A stretch of DNA of 64,000 nt, taken from assembly GCA_029225565.1 (NCBI GenBank), contig JAQXWS010000027.1, forward strand, positions 7,585 to 71,584, read 5' to 3'. The notes below the pieces were generated by a model that saw only the letters and a program-made list of their open reading frames with translations, made no database searches and had not been told where the DNA came from. Positions 7,668-17,589 of this stretch are shown here, piece after piece. Within the stretch, counting starts at the first letter, position 1; the number at the start of each line of letters is the position of its first letter. This stretch comes from Eubacteriales bacterium (GTDB lineage: Bacteria; Bacillota; Clostridia; Oscillospirales; Acutalibacteraceae). Made by a program: the position numbers and the translations under genes.

Positions 7668-8201
7668 ATGAACAAAAAGACACTTTTTATTGCACAAACA
7701 GCAATAATCGCAGCAATGTATGCCGTACTCACCTATGCCCAAAACCTGATTTTGCCGGGCACAACATCAATGGCGGTTCAATTCCGGGTATCCGAGGCAC
7801 TTAATGTGCTGGCGCTGTTTACACCGGCTGCAATTCCCGGGCTCACAATCGGCTGTGTGCTATCCAATCTTTACAACATTGGCTCAGGCCTGCCGCTGGA
7901 TATGATATTCGGCTCTCTGGCTACCTTGGGCTCCGGGGTTTGTATGTACACTCTGCGCAATGTTAAGCTAAAGTCGTATCCTGCCTTGGCGATGCTTATG
8001 CCGGCAATTTGGAACGGCGTGGTAGTCGGCTGGGAGATAGAGTACTTTTTTATCGAGGGCGACTTTGAGTGGATTGGATTCTTGACTCAGGGCGGTTTGG
8101 TTGCCTTGGGCGAGGTTGCGGTTATGCTTACTTTGGGTACGGCGGTGTACTGTGTTATGGTTAAGCGCCGCTTGGACAAAAAGCTGTTCCCAACAAAATA
8201 A
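7668..8201 (+). CDS. queT: QueT family queuosine-precursor ECF transporter S component
   Basis: IAAMYAVLT, VQFRVSEAL..LALF, AIPGLTIGC..SN, DMIFGSLAT; hydrophobic throughout. Confidence 0.85.
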   Translation: MNKKTLFIAQTAIIAAMYAVLTYAQNLILPGTTSMAVQFRVSEALNVLALFTPAAIPGLTIGCVLSNLYNIGSGLPLDMIFGSLATLGSGVCMYTLRNVKLKSYPALAMLMPAIWNGVVVGWEIEYFFIEGDFEWIGFLTQGGLVALGEVAVMLTLGTAVYCVMVKRRLDKKLFPTK

Positions 8202-8211
8202 TGTGTATTAT

Positions 8212-8244
8212 CACGGCTACGAAATTTGTAGCCGTGTATTTTTT
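8212..8244 (+). terminator. Intrinsic terminator
   Basis: CACGGCTAC/GTAGCCGTG stem plus T tract. Confidence 0.7.
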
Positions 8245-8367
8245 ATCCCTGCCACGCCGGTTAACAAATACTTTTTGACAGCCGGTACCTTTGTGATGTA
8301 TAATATATATGCAAAGTGTATTGCATATAGATTTAGTAGTATTTTTAATCGAAAAGGGGGATTAAAT

Positions 8368-9051
8368 ATGAAATACGAAATTAAAGGCGGCAATTTTCCC
8401 GTGCTGGTGTGCCAGGTTGAGCCAAACGAGACAATGATTACCGAAGGTGGCGGCATGAGCTGGATGTCACCTAATATGAAAATGGATACAACCGGTGGTG
8501 GCTTGGGCAAAATGCTGGGCAGATTGGTAACCCAGGAGTCAATATTCCAAAACAAATATACTGCAATCGGCGGAGTGGGCGAAATTGCCTTTGCCAGCAG
8601 CTTTCCGGGGGATATTGTTCCGTTAGAAATCGGACCCGGCAAGGAATATATTTGCCAAAAGAGTGCATTCCTTGCATCTACGGCAGGAGTTGACCTTTCC
8701 GTTTACTTCAGAAAAAAGCTGGGGGCAGGTCTTTTCGGCGGCGAGGGATTTATTATGCAAAAGCTTGCCGGCAACGGTATTGCATTCATCGAGATTGACG
8801 GTACCGCAATCAAGTATCAGTTAGCACCCGGACAGCAAATTATTGTTGATACAGGACATGTTGTTATGATGGAGGCTACTTGCTCGATGGATGTTCAGAC
8901 TGTCAAGGGAGCAAAGAATATTTTCTTCGGCGGCGAGGGACTGTTCAATACTGTTGTTACCGGACCTGGCGAGGTGGTTCTCCAGACAATGCCTGTTGTA
9001 AAGCTGGCTGAAGCTATTATTCCTTACATTCCAACCGGCAACTCAAACTAA
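8368..9051 (+). CDS. AIM24 / TIGR00266 family protein
   Basis: EGGGMSWMS, TQESIFQNKY, FGGEGFIMQKL.G.G..F and FFGGEGLFNT..TGPG motifs. Confidence 0.9.
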   Translation: MKYEIKGGNFPVLVCQVEPNETMITEGGGMSWMSPNMKMDTTGGGLGKMLGRLVTQESIFQNKYTAIGGVGEIAFASSFPGDIVPLEIGPGKEYICQKSAFLASTAGVDLSVYFRKKLGAGLFGGEGFIMQKLAGNGIAFIEIDGTAIKYQLAPGQQIIVDTGHVVMMEATCSMDVQTVKGAKNIFFGGEGLFNTVVTGPGEVVLQTMPVVKLAEAIIPYIPTGNSN

Positions 9052-9068
9052 TATATACAGAACGCTCT

Positions 9069-9176
9069 TTAGAACGCTCTTTGCGAGCGTTCTTTTTTGC
9101 GTTTGTGTGGGGTTTTGTCCTTTGCAATGGCGCAGGCCAGTGCGCTTACAGTTATATTCAGCTCGCAGGGATTCAC
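9069..9176 (-). pseudogene. Truncated DUF6774-like small protein fragment
   Basis: GTG start reads MNPCELNITVSALACAIAKDKTP and then runs into the opposite-strand terminator. The start resembles the 'MNPCELT..I.ALA..IA' small protein family (from recall). Confidence 0.45.
9072..9098 (+). terminator. Intrinsic terminator
   Basis: GAACGCTC/GAGCGTTC stem plus T6. Confidence 0.7.
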
Positions 9177-9343
9177 ATTTACACCACTTTTCGTAAATAA
9201 TAAATTAGAAAACAGGGCAAAAAACAGAGAAAAATAAAGAAAAAAAGAGCAATCCCAAATTATTTTAATTTTGTCCTTGACTATTTTGTTCCCTCGTGAT
9301 ATTATATTCCAGCATTGAAAAAGATTTATTGGAGGAAAAGATT

Positions 9344-9772
9344 ATGTCAACATTTATGCCAAAAGCTGACGAAATCCAGCGCAAGTGGTATGTAATCGAC
9401 GCTGCAGACAAGCCACTCGGTAGAGTTGCTGCAGAGGCTGCCGTTCTTCTCAGAGGCAAGCACAAGCCGGTATTCACACCAAATGTAGATTGCGGCGATT
9501 TCGTTATTATCATTAACACAGACAAGGCTGTACTCACAGGTGACAAGCTTAACAAAAAGCTTTATCAGCACCACACCGGATATATCGGTAACCTCAAGGA
9601 GGTAAAGTACGGCACACTTATGCAGGAAAAGAGCGATTTTGCTATGCAGCTTGCTGTTAAGGGTATGATCCCTGACACCACACTGGGCAGAAAGCAGCTC
9701 ACCAGATGCAAGATTTACAAGAACGCAGAACACAAGCACGAGGCTCAGCAGCCTGAAGCTTGGGAAATGTAA
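9344..9772 (+). CDS. rplM: 50S ribosomal protein L13
   Basis: RKWYVIDA..KPLGRVA, GKHKPVFTPNVDCGD; GGAGG SD; TTGACT-17-TATTAT promoter at 9277-9305. Confidence 0.98.
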   Translation: MSTFMPKADEIQRKWYVIDAADKPLGRVAAEAAVLLRGKHKPVFTPNVDCGDFVIIINTDKAVLTGDKLNKKLYQHHTGYIGNLKEVKYGTLMQEKSDFAMQLAVKGMIPDTTLGRKQLTRCKIYKNAEHKHEAQQPEAWEM

Positions 9773-9788
9773 GGGAGGTATATAGATT

Positions 9789-10187
9789 ATGTACGAGACA
9801 AATCCTTATTTCTACGGAACAGGCAGAAGAAAAGAATCTGTAGCTCGTGTACGCGTTTATGCAGGTACAGGCAAGATTATCATCAACGACAGAGACATCG
9901 ACGATTACTTCGGTCTTGACACTCTCAAGCTCATCGTTCGTCAGCCTCTTGCACTTACAGACACAACAGAGAAGTTCGACATCATCTGCAGAGTTAGCGG
10001 CGGCGGTGTTTCCGGTCAGGCCGGTGCTATCCGTCACGGTCTCTCCAGAGCCCTTCTTCAGTATGACGAGTCACTTCGTCCTGCACTCAAGAAGGCAGGC
10101 TTCCTTACTCGTGACCCTCGTATGAAGGAGAGAAAGAAGTACGGTTTGAAAGCTGCGAGAAGAGCACCCCAGTTCAGCAAGAGATAA
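9789..10187 (+). CDS. rpsI: 30S ribosomal protein S9
   Basis: [44 protein letters not shown]. Confidence 0.98.
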   Translation: MYETNPYFYGTGRRKESVARVRVYAGTGKIIINDRDIDDYFGLDTLKLIVRQPLALTDTTEKFDIICRVSGGGVSGQAGAIRHGLSRALLQYDESLRPALKKAGFLTRDPRMKERKKYGLKAARRAPQFSKR

Positions 10188-10204
10188 TCATACTATATTC
10201 ACAC

Positions 10205-10236
10205 AAAGGCACTTCGGCTACGGAGTGCCTTTTTTT
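10205..10236 (+). terminator. Intrinsic terminator of rplM-rpsI
   Basis: AAAGGCACTTCG/CGGAGTGCCTTT stem plus T tract. Confidence 0.8.
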
Positions 10237-10258
10237 ATTGAATATTTGAAAAAATCAG

Positions 10259-10316
10259 TTGACAACTACAGGCGTTGATGTTATTATGTAACTGCAGATA
10301 TGTAACAGGTGTTACA
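10259..10316 (+). promoter_or_regulatory. Sigma-A promoter with palindromic operator
   Basis: TTGACA-17-TATTAT (10259-10287); TGTAAC-aggt-GTTACA palindrome at 10301-10316, with a further TGTAAC half-site at 10287. Confidence 0.65.
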
Positions 10317-10342
10317 CAACATAAACATTGAGGGGTTAATTT

Positions 10343-10972
10343 ATGCCACCAAAAGCAAAATTCACAAGAGAACAGATAATAAAAGCCGCGGTGGATGTTA
10401 CCAGGGAGCAGGGTATATCCGCTGTTACCGCCCGTGAGGTGGGCAAGCAATTGGGAACATCGTCAACACCGGTGTTTGTTGCCTTCGAGAGTATGTCCGA
10501 CCTGAAGCAGGAGGTGTATAACTCGGTAAAAAATGATTTTTATCATTTTTTGTGCCTGGGCTTGGAGCAAACCCCTGCATTTAAGGGCTTTGGTATTCGT
10601 ATGATTGAGTATGCCAGGGAATTTCCGAATTTGTTTGCCGCTGTGCATATGAATTTTACTGCCGACAATATCAACTATGACGATATGACGACGAATATGC
10701 TGGGAGCCGACGAATGTGTTGAGGCCATCAAGAGACAGACCGGTTTCAGCGATGAGGACGCTGTGCGTATGTTCAGGCAAGTGCTTATTTCGGGCTTTGG
10801 TATCTGCTATTTGGTATCGTCAAAAACCTGCGAATTCACTCAGCAACAGTTGGATGAGTATCTTGGGGTGGCCTACGCAGGCTCCCTGATGGCGATAAAA
10901 AAGGGTAATATGCAGCAGTACCATATTCACCCGTCAAGAGAGGAAACGAATGATAGAAAAACTGAAGAATAA
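10343..10972 (+). CDS. TetR/AcrR family transcriptional regulator
   Basis: MPPKAKFTREQII...TAREVGKQLGTSSTPVFVAF HTH. Confidence 0.9.
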   Translation: MPPKAKFTREQIIKAAVDVTREQGISAVTAREVGKQLGTSSTPVFVAFESMSDLKQEVYNSVKNDFYHFLCLGLEQTPAFKGFGIRMIEYAREFPNLFAAVHMNFTADNINYDDMTTNMLGADECVEAIKRQTGFSDEDAVRMFRQVLISGFGICYLVSSKTCEFTQQQLDEYLGVAYAGSLMAIKKGNMQQYHIHPSREETNDRKTEE

Positions 10973-11876
10973 ATTTGTCAATTTTTGTAAATGGGTGTGG
11001 AGCGAATGTAAGGACTGGCACACGCTGGTACTGTTTTTGGTAGTAGTGTTTGTTATGTACACACCGGTTTGGGGCGGGTATCTGCTGCACCTTATATTCA
11101 AAATCAAGTGGGGCTCGGTTGTGGCAACCACCTATCTTGCTTTTTGGGCAGGACCGTTTACGCCATACTTTCCGCTGTGCATTGCTATCACCCTGGGACT
11201 AAAGAAAATTATAGAAAGAGTAAAACACAAAAAAGAAATATCAGAGGATTTTATGAACAAGGATTATATAATCAGACCTGAAAGAAAAGAGGATTACCGT
11301 GAGGTAGAAAACTTAGTAAGAGAGAGCTTTTGGAATGTGTATCGTCCGGGCTGTCTGGAGCATTATGTTCTCAATCAGCTTCGCGACGACAAGGATTTTG
11401 TGCCGGAACTTGACTATGTTATGGAAAAGGACGGCAGGATAATAGGCCAGAATATTTTTGTCAGAGCCACAATCAAGGCAGACGACGGCAGGGATATTCC
11501 CGTTATGGCTATGGGGCCTATTTGCATCACACCGGAGCTTAAGAGACAAGGCTACGGCAAAGCTATTCTGGACTATACCTTGGAAAAAGCAAAGGAGCTG
11601 GGATGCGGCGCAGTTTGCTTTGAGGGTAATATCGACTTTTACGGCAAGAGTGGATTCACCTACGCCGAGAAATACGGTATTCGATATCACGGATTGCCTG
11701 AGGGCGAGGACGCATCCTTCTTTCTGTGCAAGGAACTGATAGACGGCTACCTTGACGGAATAACAGGCGAATACGCTACACCGCAGGGTTATTTTGTGGA
11801 CGAGGCAGAGGCTGAGGAATTTGACAAGCAATTCCCACCAAAGGAAAAGCTGAAGCTTCCCGGTCAATTGTTTTAA
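10950..11876 (+). CDS. Small membrane-protein domain fused in frame to a GNAT N-acetyltransferase
   Basis: aa 1-95 are hydrophobic (FWAGPFTPYFPLC). From M102 (11253) the sequence is a GNAT (IRPE.KEDY.EVENLVRESFWNVYRPGC.EHY, GPICI.PE.KRQGYG, FYGKSGF). Confidence 0.8.
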   Translation: MIEKLKNKFVNFCKWVWSECKDWHTLVLFLVVVFVMYTPVWGGYLLHLIFKIKWGSVVATTYLAFWAGPFTPYFPLCIAITLGLKKIIERVKHKKEISEDFMNKDYIIRPERKEDYREVENLVRESFWNVYRPGCLEHYVLNQLRDDKDFVPELDYVMEKDGRIIGQNIFVRATIKADDGRDIPVMAMGPICITPELKRQGYGKAILDYTLEKAKELGCGAVCFEGNIDFYGKSGFTYAEKYGIRYHGLPEGEDASFFLCKELIDGYLDGITGEYATPQGYFVDEAEAEEFDKQFPPKEKLKLPGQLF

Positions 11877-11893
11877 GTAAACGGAGAGTGGAA

Positions 11894-12208
11894 ATGAAGG
11901 ATTTTACTATGGCGGCATTGCCCTGGCTGATAATGGGCGTTAGTATTGCTGTTGTTTTTGCAGTTTTTAATTGTATAGGACAAGATTTGACAAAAAAGAA
12001 AAAGACCGGTATTGGATTCTTTATTATGTCGCTGGCTATGTATGCTGTTGCTTTAGTCAGTCATTTTGCAACAGTGAGCGCTCAATCCTCCACTGTTACT
12101 TGGGCGTGCCTCGGCTCGATGATGCTCTGCTTTGGAGCGACATTCTATAACAGCGACAAAAAGGCAGAAAATAATAGCGAAGAACAGCAGGAGAGTGAAA
12201 ATGAGTAA
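11894..12208 (+). CDS. Small membrane protein
   Basis: Three hydrophobic segments; GGAG SD. Confidence 0.65.
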   Translation: MKDFTMAALPWLIMGVSIAVVFAVFNCIGQDLTKKKKTGIGFFIMSLAMYAVALVSHFATVSAQSSTVTWACLGSMMLCFGATFYNSDKKAENNSEEQQESENE

Positions 12209-12641
12209 AGCATTATGCGGCGCCGATTGTTCAACTTGCCCGTCAAATAGTATTTGCAAGGGCTGTGAGGCTACCGATTGCAAGCCCTTTGGCAAAAAAT
12301 GCTTTGTGGCAGAGTATATAAAAATGAACAGTATTGAGGAATACAAGGCTTTCAAATCCGGTCTGCTGTGCGAGATAAACCAATTTTTGACAACCATCGG
12401 TATTCCCAACGCAGACGCGCTGTACGAGTTGTCAGGTTCATTTGTTAATTTAGAGTACGATATTCCCAGCGGCAAAAAAGTCAGGTTCCTTGATGACCAA
12501 AGGATATATTTAGGCTGCCAGATTGAGTTTGCAGATATGGGCGTTTGCTATGGAGTTGTAGCGGATTTGGGCTTTATTTTGGTATGCAGCTACAGTGTGG
12601 ACGGCAGTCAGCAGGAGCTGATTGCCTATAAGAAAAGATAA
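12201..12641 (+). CDS. DUF3795-like cysteine-rich protein
   Basis: CGADCSTCP...CKGC...C..C pattern; ATG 12201 overlaps the upstream gene end. Confidence 0.75.
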   Translation: MSKALCGADCSTCPSNSICKGCEATDCKPFGKKCFVAEYIKMNSIEEYKAFKSGLLCEINQFLTTIGIPNADALYELSGSFVNLEYDIPSGKKVRFLDDQRIYLGCQIEFADMGVCYGVVADLGFILVCSYSVDGSQQELIAYKKR

Positions 12642-13330
12642 TGAAAGCAGTAATCATAAATGGCCAGAATCACAAAGGCAGCACCCAACATATTGCCCGA
12701 ATGTTGGCACAGGAGATAACGGAGCAGGAGAATATTACAGAATTCTTTTTGCCCCGGGACCTCAATCATTTTTGCCTGGGCTGTTATTCGTGTATGGATG
12801 ATTTGGAGCGATGTCCGTTTTTTGCCGAAAAAAAGGTGATTGCCGATGCCATGGAGCAGGCCGATTTGTTGATTTTTGCATCACCGAATTATTGTATGAT
12901 GCCGTCGGCGCCTATGAAGTCCTTTATCGATTTGTTTTACCAGTATTGGATACCGCATCGGCCGCAGGCATATATGTTTAGCAAAAAGGCTGTGGTAATA
13001 TCAACAACTGCCGGTGTGGGTGCCGGTAAGGTTTGCAAGGACCTAAAGAGAACCTTGGCATACTGGGGCGTGCCGTACATAAGGAGCTATAGCTTAGCTG
13101 TGCAGGCATCCGGCTGGAACGAGGTCAGCGAAAAAAGAAAGGCAAAAATAACAAAGGACATTACCGCATTGGCAAAGAAAGTGAAGAATGCAAAATGCGG
13201 CGTTCCGTCGCCCTACATACGATTTATGTTCGCTATGATGAAAATGGCAAAAAAGAATGACACCCATCCGGAAGCCGAATATTGGCGTCAGCAGGGATGG
13301 CTGGATAACAAAAAACCATGGAGAAATTGA
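12641..13330 (+). CDS. Flavodoxin-fold / NAD(P)H-dependent FMN reductase family protein
   Basis: INGQNHKGST, FCLGCYSC, LIFASPNYC, KKAVVISTTAG. Confidence 0.85.
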   Translation: MKAVIINGQNHKGSTQHIARMLAQEITEQENITEFFLPRDLNHFCLGCYSCMDDLERCPFFAEKKVIADAMEQADLLIFASPNYCMMPSAPMKSFIDLFYQYWIPHRPQAYMFSKKAVVISTTAGVGAGKVCKDLKRTLAYWGVPYIRSYSLAVQASGWNEVSEKRKAKITKDITALAKKVKNAKCGVPSPYIRFMFAMMKMAKKNDTHPEAEYWRQQGWLDNKKPWRN

Positions 13331-13331
13331 T

Positions 13332-14522
13332 ATGAAAAACAAGTACAATGCTAATCCGTTGCTGCATGCGCTGTTGCCGATATTTGTTACAATAGCGTAT
13401 ATACTGATAGGCACATTTTGTGGCCGTAGAGGTTGGGGATACGGTTGGATTCTGTTCCTGCTGATTCCCATTGCGGAAACCCTGATTAACGCAATCAAAT
13501 TCAGAGACCCGTCAAAGTTTGCATACCCGGTTTTGGTTACTGCCATATTCCTTATACTGGGATTTGCATTCAGCTGGTGGCATCCGGCTTGGGTGCTGTT
13601 TGTTACAATCCCGGCATACTATGCAATATGTGACGCCGTAAAGAAGTCAAAGGCACCGCAGCCACCTCAGTATCAGCCGTCCCGGGAGGGGGCACCGTAT
13701 TATCAACCGCCACAGGACGGCACGCCGAACTATCAATCCACCGTGGAGGGAGCATATCAGCAGCCGCCGCAGGGTCAGCCGCCGCAGTATTATCAGCCCG
13801 CTGCATATCAGGAACAAAAAAATAACACAACCGCTATTATTATTACCGTTATCGTATCGGTTGCCGCAATCATTATTGTTGGTATGTGCCTTGCTTTTTC
13901 CTGGCTCACCGGCAGCGCATTTGATTTTGTTCGTAATGATGACGAAAAAAGTGCTTCTGCCATTGAGGGTAATTGTCAGTTCTCCGCCGATGAGATTGAC
14001 AGCATTGAGGTTAATTGGGTTAACGGCGATGTGGATATTAACTATTACGACGGTGACAAGATTACCGTTACGGAAAAGGGCAAGTCCAACAACAAGATGA
14101 CCTGTGACATTGATGACGGCGAGTTGGTGATTGACGAATTTGCAAATTCACAGAACTTCGGCAATATGTCCACAAAGGACTTGACTGTTCAATTGCCCCG
14201 GGAATTCAGCCTCAAGGATTTGGAGATAAACTCCGTATCATCCAATATAGAGATAAAGGATATTGACGCTGATTCTGTTGAGTTCGAGACTGTCAGCGGC
14301 AACATTGACATTACCTTTTGCGCTCAACCCGGTTATATCGACTGCGAAAGCGTCAGCGGTGATGTAAGAATTATTTTGCCAAAGGATACGACGGGCTATT
14401 CTATTCGGGATAACAGCGTGTCCGGCAATGTTAATTGCGACTCAAAAAATTTCGGCGACGGCTCAACAAGAATTAACCTGGAGTCCGTCAGCGGAAATTA
14501 TACCGTTGACATAGCAGAATAG
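13332..14522 (+). CDS. Membrane protein with Pro/Gln/Tyr-rich linker and C-terminal DUF4097-like beta-repeat domain
   Basis: Four N-terminal TM helices, QPPQY repeats, one more TM, then repeated 'ETVSGNI', 'ESVSGDV', 'NSVSGNV' units. Confidence 0.75.
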   Translation: MKNKYNANPLLHALLPIFVTIAYILIGTFCGRRGWGYGWILFLLIPIAETLINAIKFRDPSKFAYPVLVTAIFLILGFAFSWWHPAWVLFVTIPAYYAICDAVKKSKAPQPPQYQPSREGAPYYQPPQDGTPNYQSTVEGAYQQPPQGQPPQYYQPAAYQEQKNNTTAIIITVIVSVAAIIIVGMCLAFSWLTGSAFDFVRNDDEKSASAIEGNCQFSADEIDSIEVNWVNGDVDINYYDGDKITVTEKGKSNNKMTCDIDDGELVIDEFANSQNFGNMSTKDLTVQLPREFSLKDLEINSVSSNIEIKDIDADSVEFETVSGNIDITFCAQPGYIDCESVSGDVRIILPKDTTGYSIRDNSVSGNVNCDSKNFGDGSTRINLESVSGNYTVDIAE

Positions 14523-14535
14523 CAAAAAATCAGGG

Positions 14536-14575
14536 TATAGCCATCGAATTTTCGGTGGCTATATTTATTTTTTTG
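14536..14575 (+). terminator. Intrinsic terminator
   Basis: TATAGCCATCGA/TCGGTGGCTATA stem plus T tract. Confidence 0.7.
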
Positions 14576-14699
14576 GTATGGTAAGTTTGTTATTATATTG
14601 ATGATTTAGTTGTTGAAATAGCAGTAATACTGTGATATTATTAAAATGATTAAGTACGGTAATTATCGTATTAATTTTCATTTTTGAGAGGTAAAGTTT

Positions 14700-15713
14700 A
14701 TGGAAAAATTGAAGGTAGGCATAATCGGTGCCGGTAGAATCGGCCAGGTGCATGCAAAGTCAATCACCTATCACATCCCACAGGCAGAGATTATCGCAAT
14801 TTCTGATATTTTTGTGGACGGTGCAAGGAAGGTAGCAGAGGAATTGGGTATCCCCAACTACTACGAGGATTATCACGAGATACTTAATAATCCCGACATA
14901 GACGCAGTTCTTATTTGTTCATCAACCGACACTCACGCCGATATTGCTGTTGAGGCTGCTCAGGCAGGCAAGCACATTTTTTGCGAAAAGCCCGTTGACC
15001 TCACTATAGCTAAGATAAAAAAGGTTATCGCCGCTGTAGAAGAGGCGGGAGTTAAGCTGCAGATTGGCTTTAACAGAAGATATGACCACAATTTTGCTCA
15101 CATCAAGGCACTTGCAAATGAGGGCAAATTGGGCAATCTGCAAACAATTAAGATTACATCCCGTGACCCTGAGCCACCTTGTATTGATTATGTTAAGGTG
15201 TCGGGCGGTATCTTCCTTGATATGACAGTACATGACTTTGATATGGCTCGTTTTATCGGCGGCGAGGTTGAGGAGGTATATGCCAATGCAACCGTTATGG
15301 TTGACCCTGCCATCGGCGATGCGGGAGATGTTGATACTGCACTTGTAGCACTCAAATTTAAGAGTGGTGCCATCGGCGTTATCGACAACTGCCGTCAGGC
15401 TTGCTACGGATATGACCAAAGGCTTGAGGTATTCGGCTCCGGCGGTCAGGCTTCTGCGGCAAACGATACTCCTACCAATGTATCTTATATCAACGGCGAC
15501 GGCAATGTTACCGACAAGCCACTTTACTTCTTCCTCGAGAGATATATGCAGTCATTCACCGACGAGATGACAGAGTTCATCAACGCAGTAAAGAATGATA
15601 TTCCCACAAAAACCACAGTCAATGACGGTCTTGAGGCTCTTCGTCTCGGCTTGGCAGCAAAGCTTTCTGTTGCAGAGCACAGACCGGTAAAACTTTCAGA
15701 AATTGAGGCTTAA
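14700..15713 (+). CDS. iolG: myo-inositol 2-dehydrogenase
   Basis: GIIGAGRIGQVH, HIFCEKP, IGFNRRYD, DMTVHDFDMARF, YGYDQRLEVFGS, FFLERY; TTGAAA-17-TATTAT promoter at 14613-14641. Confidence 0.92.
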   Translation: MEKLKVGIIGAGRIGQVHAKSITYHIPQAEIIAISDIFVDGARKVAEELGIPNYYEDYHEILNNPDIDAVLICSSTDTHADIAVEAAQAGKHIFCEKPVDLTIAKIKKVIAAVEEAGVKLQIGFNRRYDHNFAHIKALANEGKLGNLQTIKITSRDPEPPCIDYVKVSGGIFLDMTVHDFDMARFIGGEVEEVYANATVMVDPAIGDAGDVDTALVALKFKSGAIGVIDNCRQACYGYDQRLEVFGSGGQASAANDTPTNVSYINGDGNVTDKPLYFFLERYMQSFTDEMTEFINAVKNDIPTKTTVNDGLEALRLGLAAKLSVAEHRPVKLSEIEA

Positions 15714-15715
15714 TC

Positions 15716-17569
15716 ATGAAAAGAGAAAGACTTACTATGGCCCAGGCTTTAGTAAAATTCCTGGATAATCAGTATATTGAGATTGATGGCGTTGAGTCAA
15801 AGTTTGTGTCCGGTATCTTCGGTATCTTCGGCCACGGCTGCGTAGTGGGCGTTGGCCAGGCTCTGGAGCAGGGAGGACATAACCTTAAATTCTATCAGGG
15901 CAAGAATGAGCAGAATATGGCTCTGGCTGCCGTTGCTTACGCAAAGCAAATGGACCGCAAGGCTATTATTCCTTGCGTATCGTCAATCGGTCCCGGCGCT
16001 ACCAATATGGTAACAGCCTGTGGCTGTGCTACAGCAAACAGAATTCCGCTTTTGGTACTGCCCGGCGACACCTTTGCCTGTCGTCAGCCGGACCCCGTTC
16101 TTCAGCAGGCAGAATTTTTTGACAATTACGGCAGAACGGTAACAGACGCATTCAAGGGCGTATGCCATTACTTTGACCGCATTGTCAGACCGGAACAGCT
16201 GATGACTGCTTGTATCAATGCTATGCGCGTGCTGACCGACCCTGCCGACACAGGAGCCGTATGTCTTGCAATGCCCCAGGATGTTGAGGGCGAGGCTTAT
16301 GATTATCCCGAACACTTCTTGCAAAAGAGAGTTTGGCATATCGACAGACGCCCAATCAGTGCCTCCCAGCTTGACAGAGCAGTTTCTGTAATTAAGAAAT
16401 CCAAAAAACCAATTATCGTTTGCGGCGGAGGCGTCAGATATTCTGCAGCCGAAAAGGAGCTTCAGGCTTTTGCCGAAAAGTATAATATCCCGATTTCCGA
16501 GACCCAGGCAGGCAAGAGTATGATTGACTGGACTCATCCTCTCAATCTCGGTGGTATTGGCGTTACCGGCGGCAAGGCTGCCAATGTAATCGCAAAGGAT
16601 GCAGATTTGGTAATTGGCGTCGGTACAAGATTTACCGATTTTACCACATCTTCCAAGTGGCTGTTTAAGGAAGATAGAAAGGTACTGGGTATTAACATTT
16701 GTCCTTTCGATGCCTACAAGATGGACGCAGAGGCAATAGTAGCCGATGCAAGGGAGGCAGTTTCTGCTCTTACAGATGCGCTGGACGGCTACAAGACAGC
16801 ATATACCACCGAGATTGCCGATGCAAAAAAAGAGTGGGACGCAATAGTTGACGAGTATTATTCCACCGAGCTTCCCGGCGGACTTAACCAAACCTTGGCG
16901 CTGGGTATTATCAACGAGTTTATGGGTGACGAGGATATTGCCCTCGGCTCAGCAGGCTCCCTGCCCGGCGATATGCAGAGATTGTTCCGCCCAAAGAATC
17001 GCGGTACATATCACATGGAATACGGATACTCCAATATGGCGTACGAGGTTAACGGCGCCCTGGGAGCAAAAATGGCAAAGCCCGAGGCAGAGGTATATGC
17101 ATTCTGCGGCGACGGCTCTTTCCTTATGGGCCATAGCGAGCTGTACACCGCCCTCCAAGAGGGACTAAAAATCAATGTTTGCCTATTTGATAATCTTGGC
17201 TGGGGTTGTATCGAAAATCTGCAAAACAATCAGGGTACCGACACCTTTGGCACCGTATTCCGTGCCAGAAATCCGAAGACAGGTATGCTGGACGGTAGGG
17301 ATATGACCGTGGATTTTGCAAAGATTGCAGAGGGCTACGGCGCAAAGGCATACACCTGCCGCACATCCGACGAGCTTCGTGCAGCCCTTGAGGACGCAAA
17401 GACTCAGGACAGAGCAGTCCTGTTTGATATTAAGGTATTGCCCAAGACTATGACTCCGGGATTTGAGTCCTGGTGGCGTGTTGGTGTTGCCGAGGTATCA
17501 AAGAGCGCAACTGTTGCAGCCGCATACAAGGATATGCAGGAAAATATTGCAAAGACATTTGATTATTAA
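15716..17569 (+). CDS. iolD: THcHDO hydrolase (ThDP-dependent)
   Basis: [62 protein letters not shown]. Confidence 0.95.
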   Translation: MKRERLTMAQALVKFLDNQYIEIDGVESKFVSGIFGIFGHGCVVGVGQALEQGGHNLKFYQGKNEQNMALAAVAYAKQMDRKAIIPCVSSIGPGATNMVTACGCATANRIPLLVLPGDTFACRQPDPVLQQAEFFDNYGRTVTDAFKGVCHYFDRIVRPEQLMTACINAMRVLTDPADTGAVCLAMPQDVEGEAYDYPEHFLQKRVWHIDRRPISASQLDRAVSVIKKSKKPIIVCGGGVRYSAAEKELQAFAEKYNIPISETQAGKSMIDWTHPLNLGGIGVTGGKAANVIAKDADLVIGVGTRFTDFTTSSKWLFKEDRKVLGINICPFDAYKMDAEAIVADAREAVSALTDALDGYKTAYTTEIADAKKEWDAIVDEYYSTELPGGLNQTLALGIINEFMGDEDIALGSAGSLPGDMQRLFRPKNRGTYHMEYGYSNMAYEVNGALGAKMAKPEAEVYAFCGDGSFLMGHSELYTALQEGLKINVCLFDNLGWGCIENLQNNQGTDTFGTVFRARNPKTGMLDGRDMTVDFAKIAEGYGAKAYTCRTSDELRAALEDAKTQDRAVLFDIKVLPKTMTPGFESWWRVGVAEVSKSATVAAAYKDMQENIAKTFDY

Positions 17570-17589
17570 TATATTGGGAGACTATATTT

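Noticed and set aside
8730-8945. Repeated TTCGGCGGCGAGGGA in the AIM24 gene, and GGTATCTTC twice in iolD near 15812
   Set aside because: These encode known internal protein repeats (FGGEG; GIFGIFG).
15983-16891. 302-aa antisense ORF inside iolD, and similar shadows at 20618-21511, 27239-27907, 46338-47314, 50952-51650, 58781-59386 and 61128-61781
   Set aside because: They lie fully opposite well-supported genes, show no recognisable motifs or SD, and are expected from codon bias.
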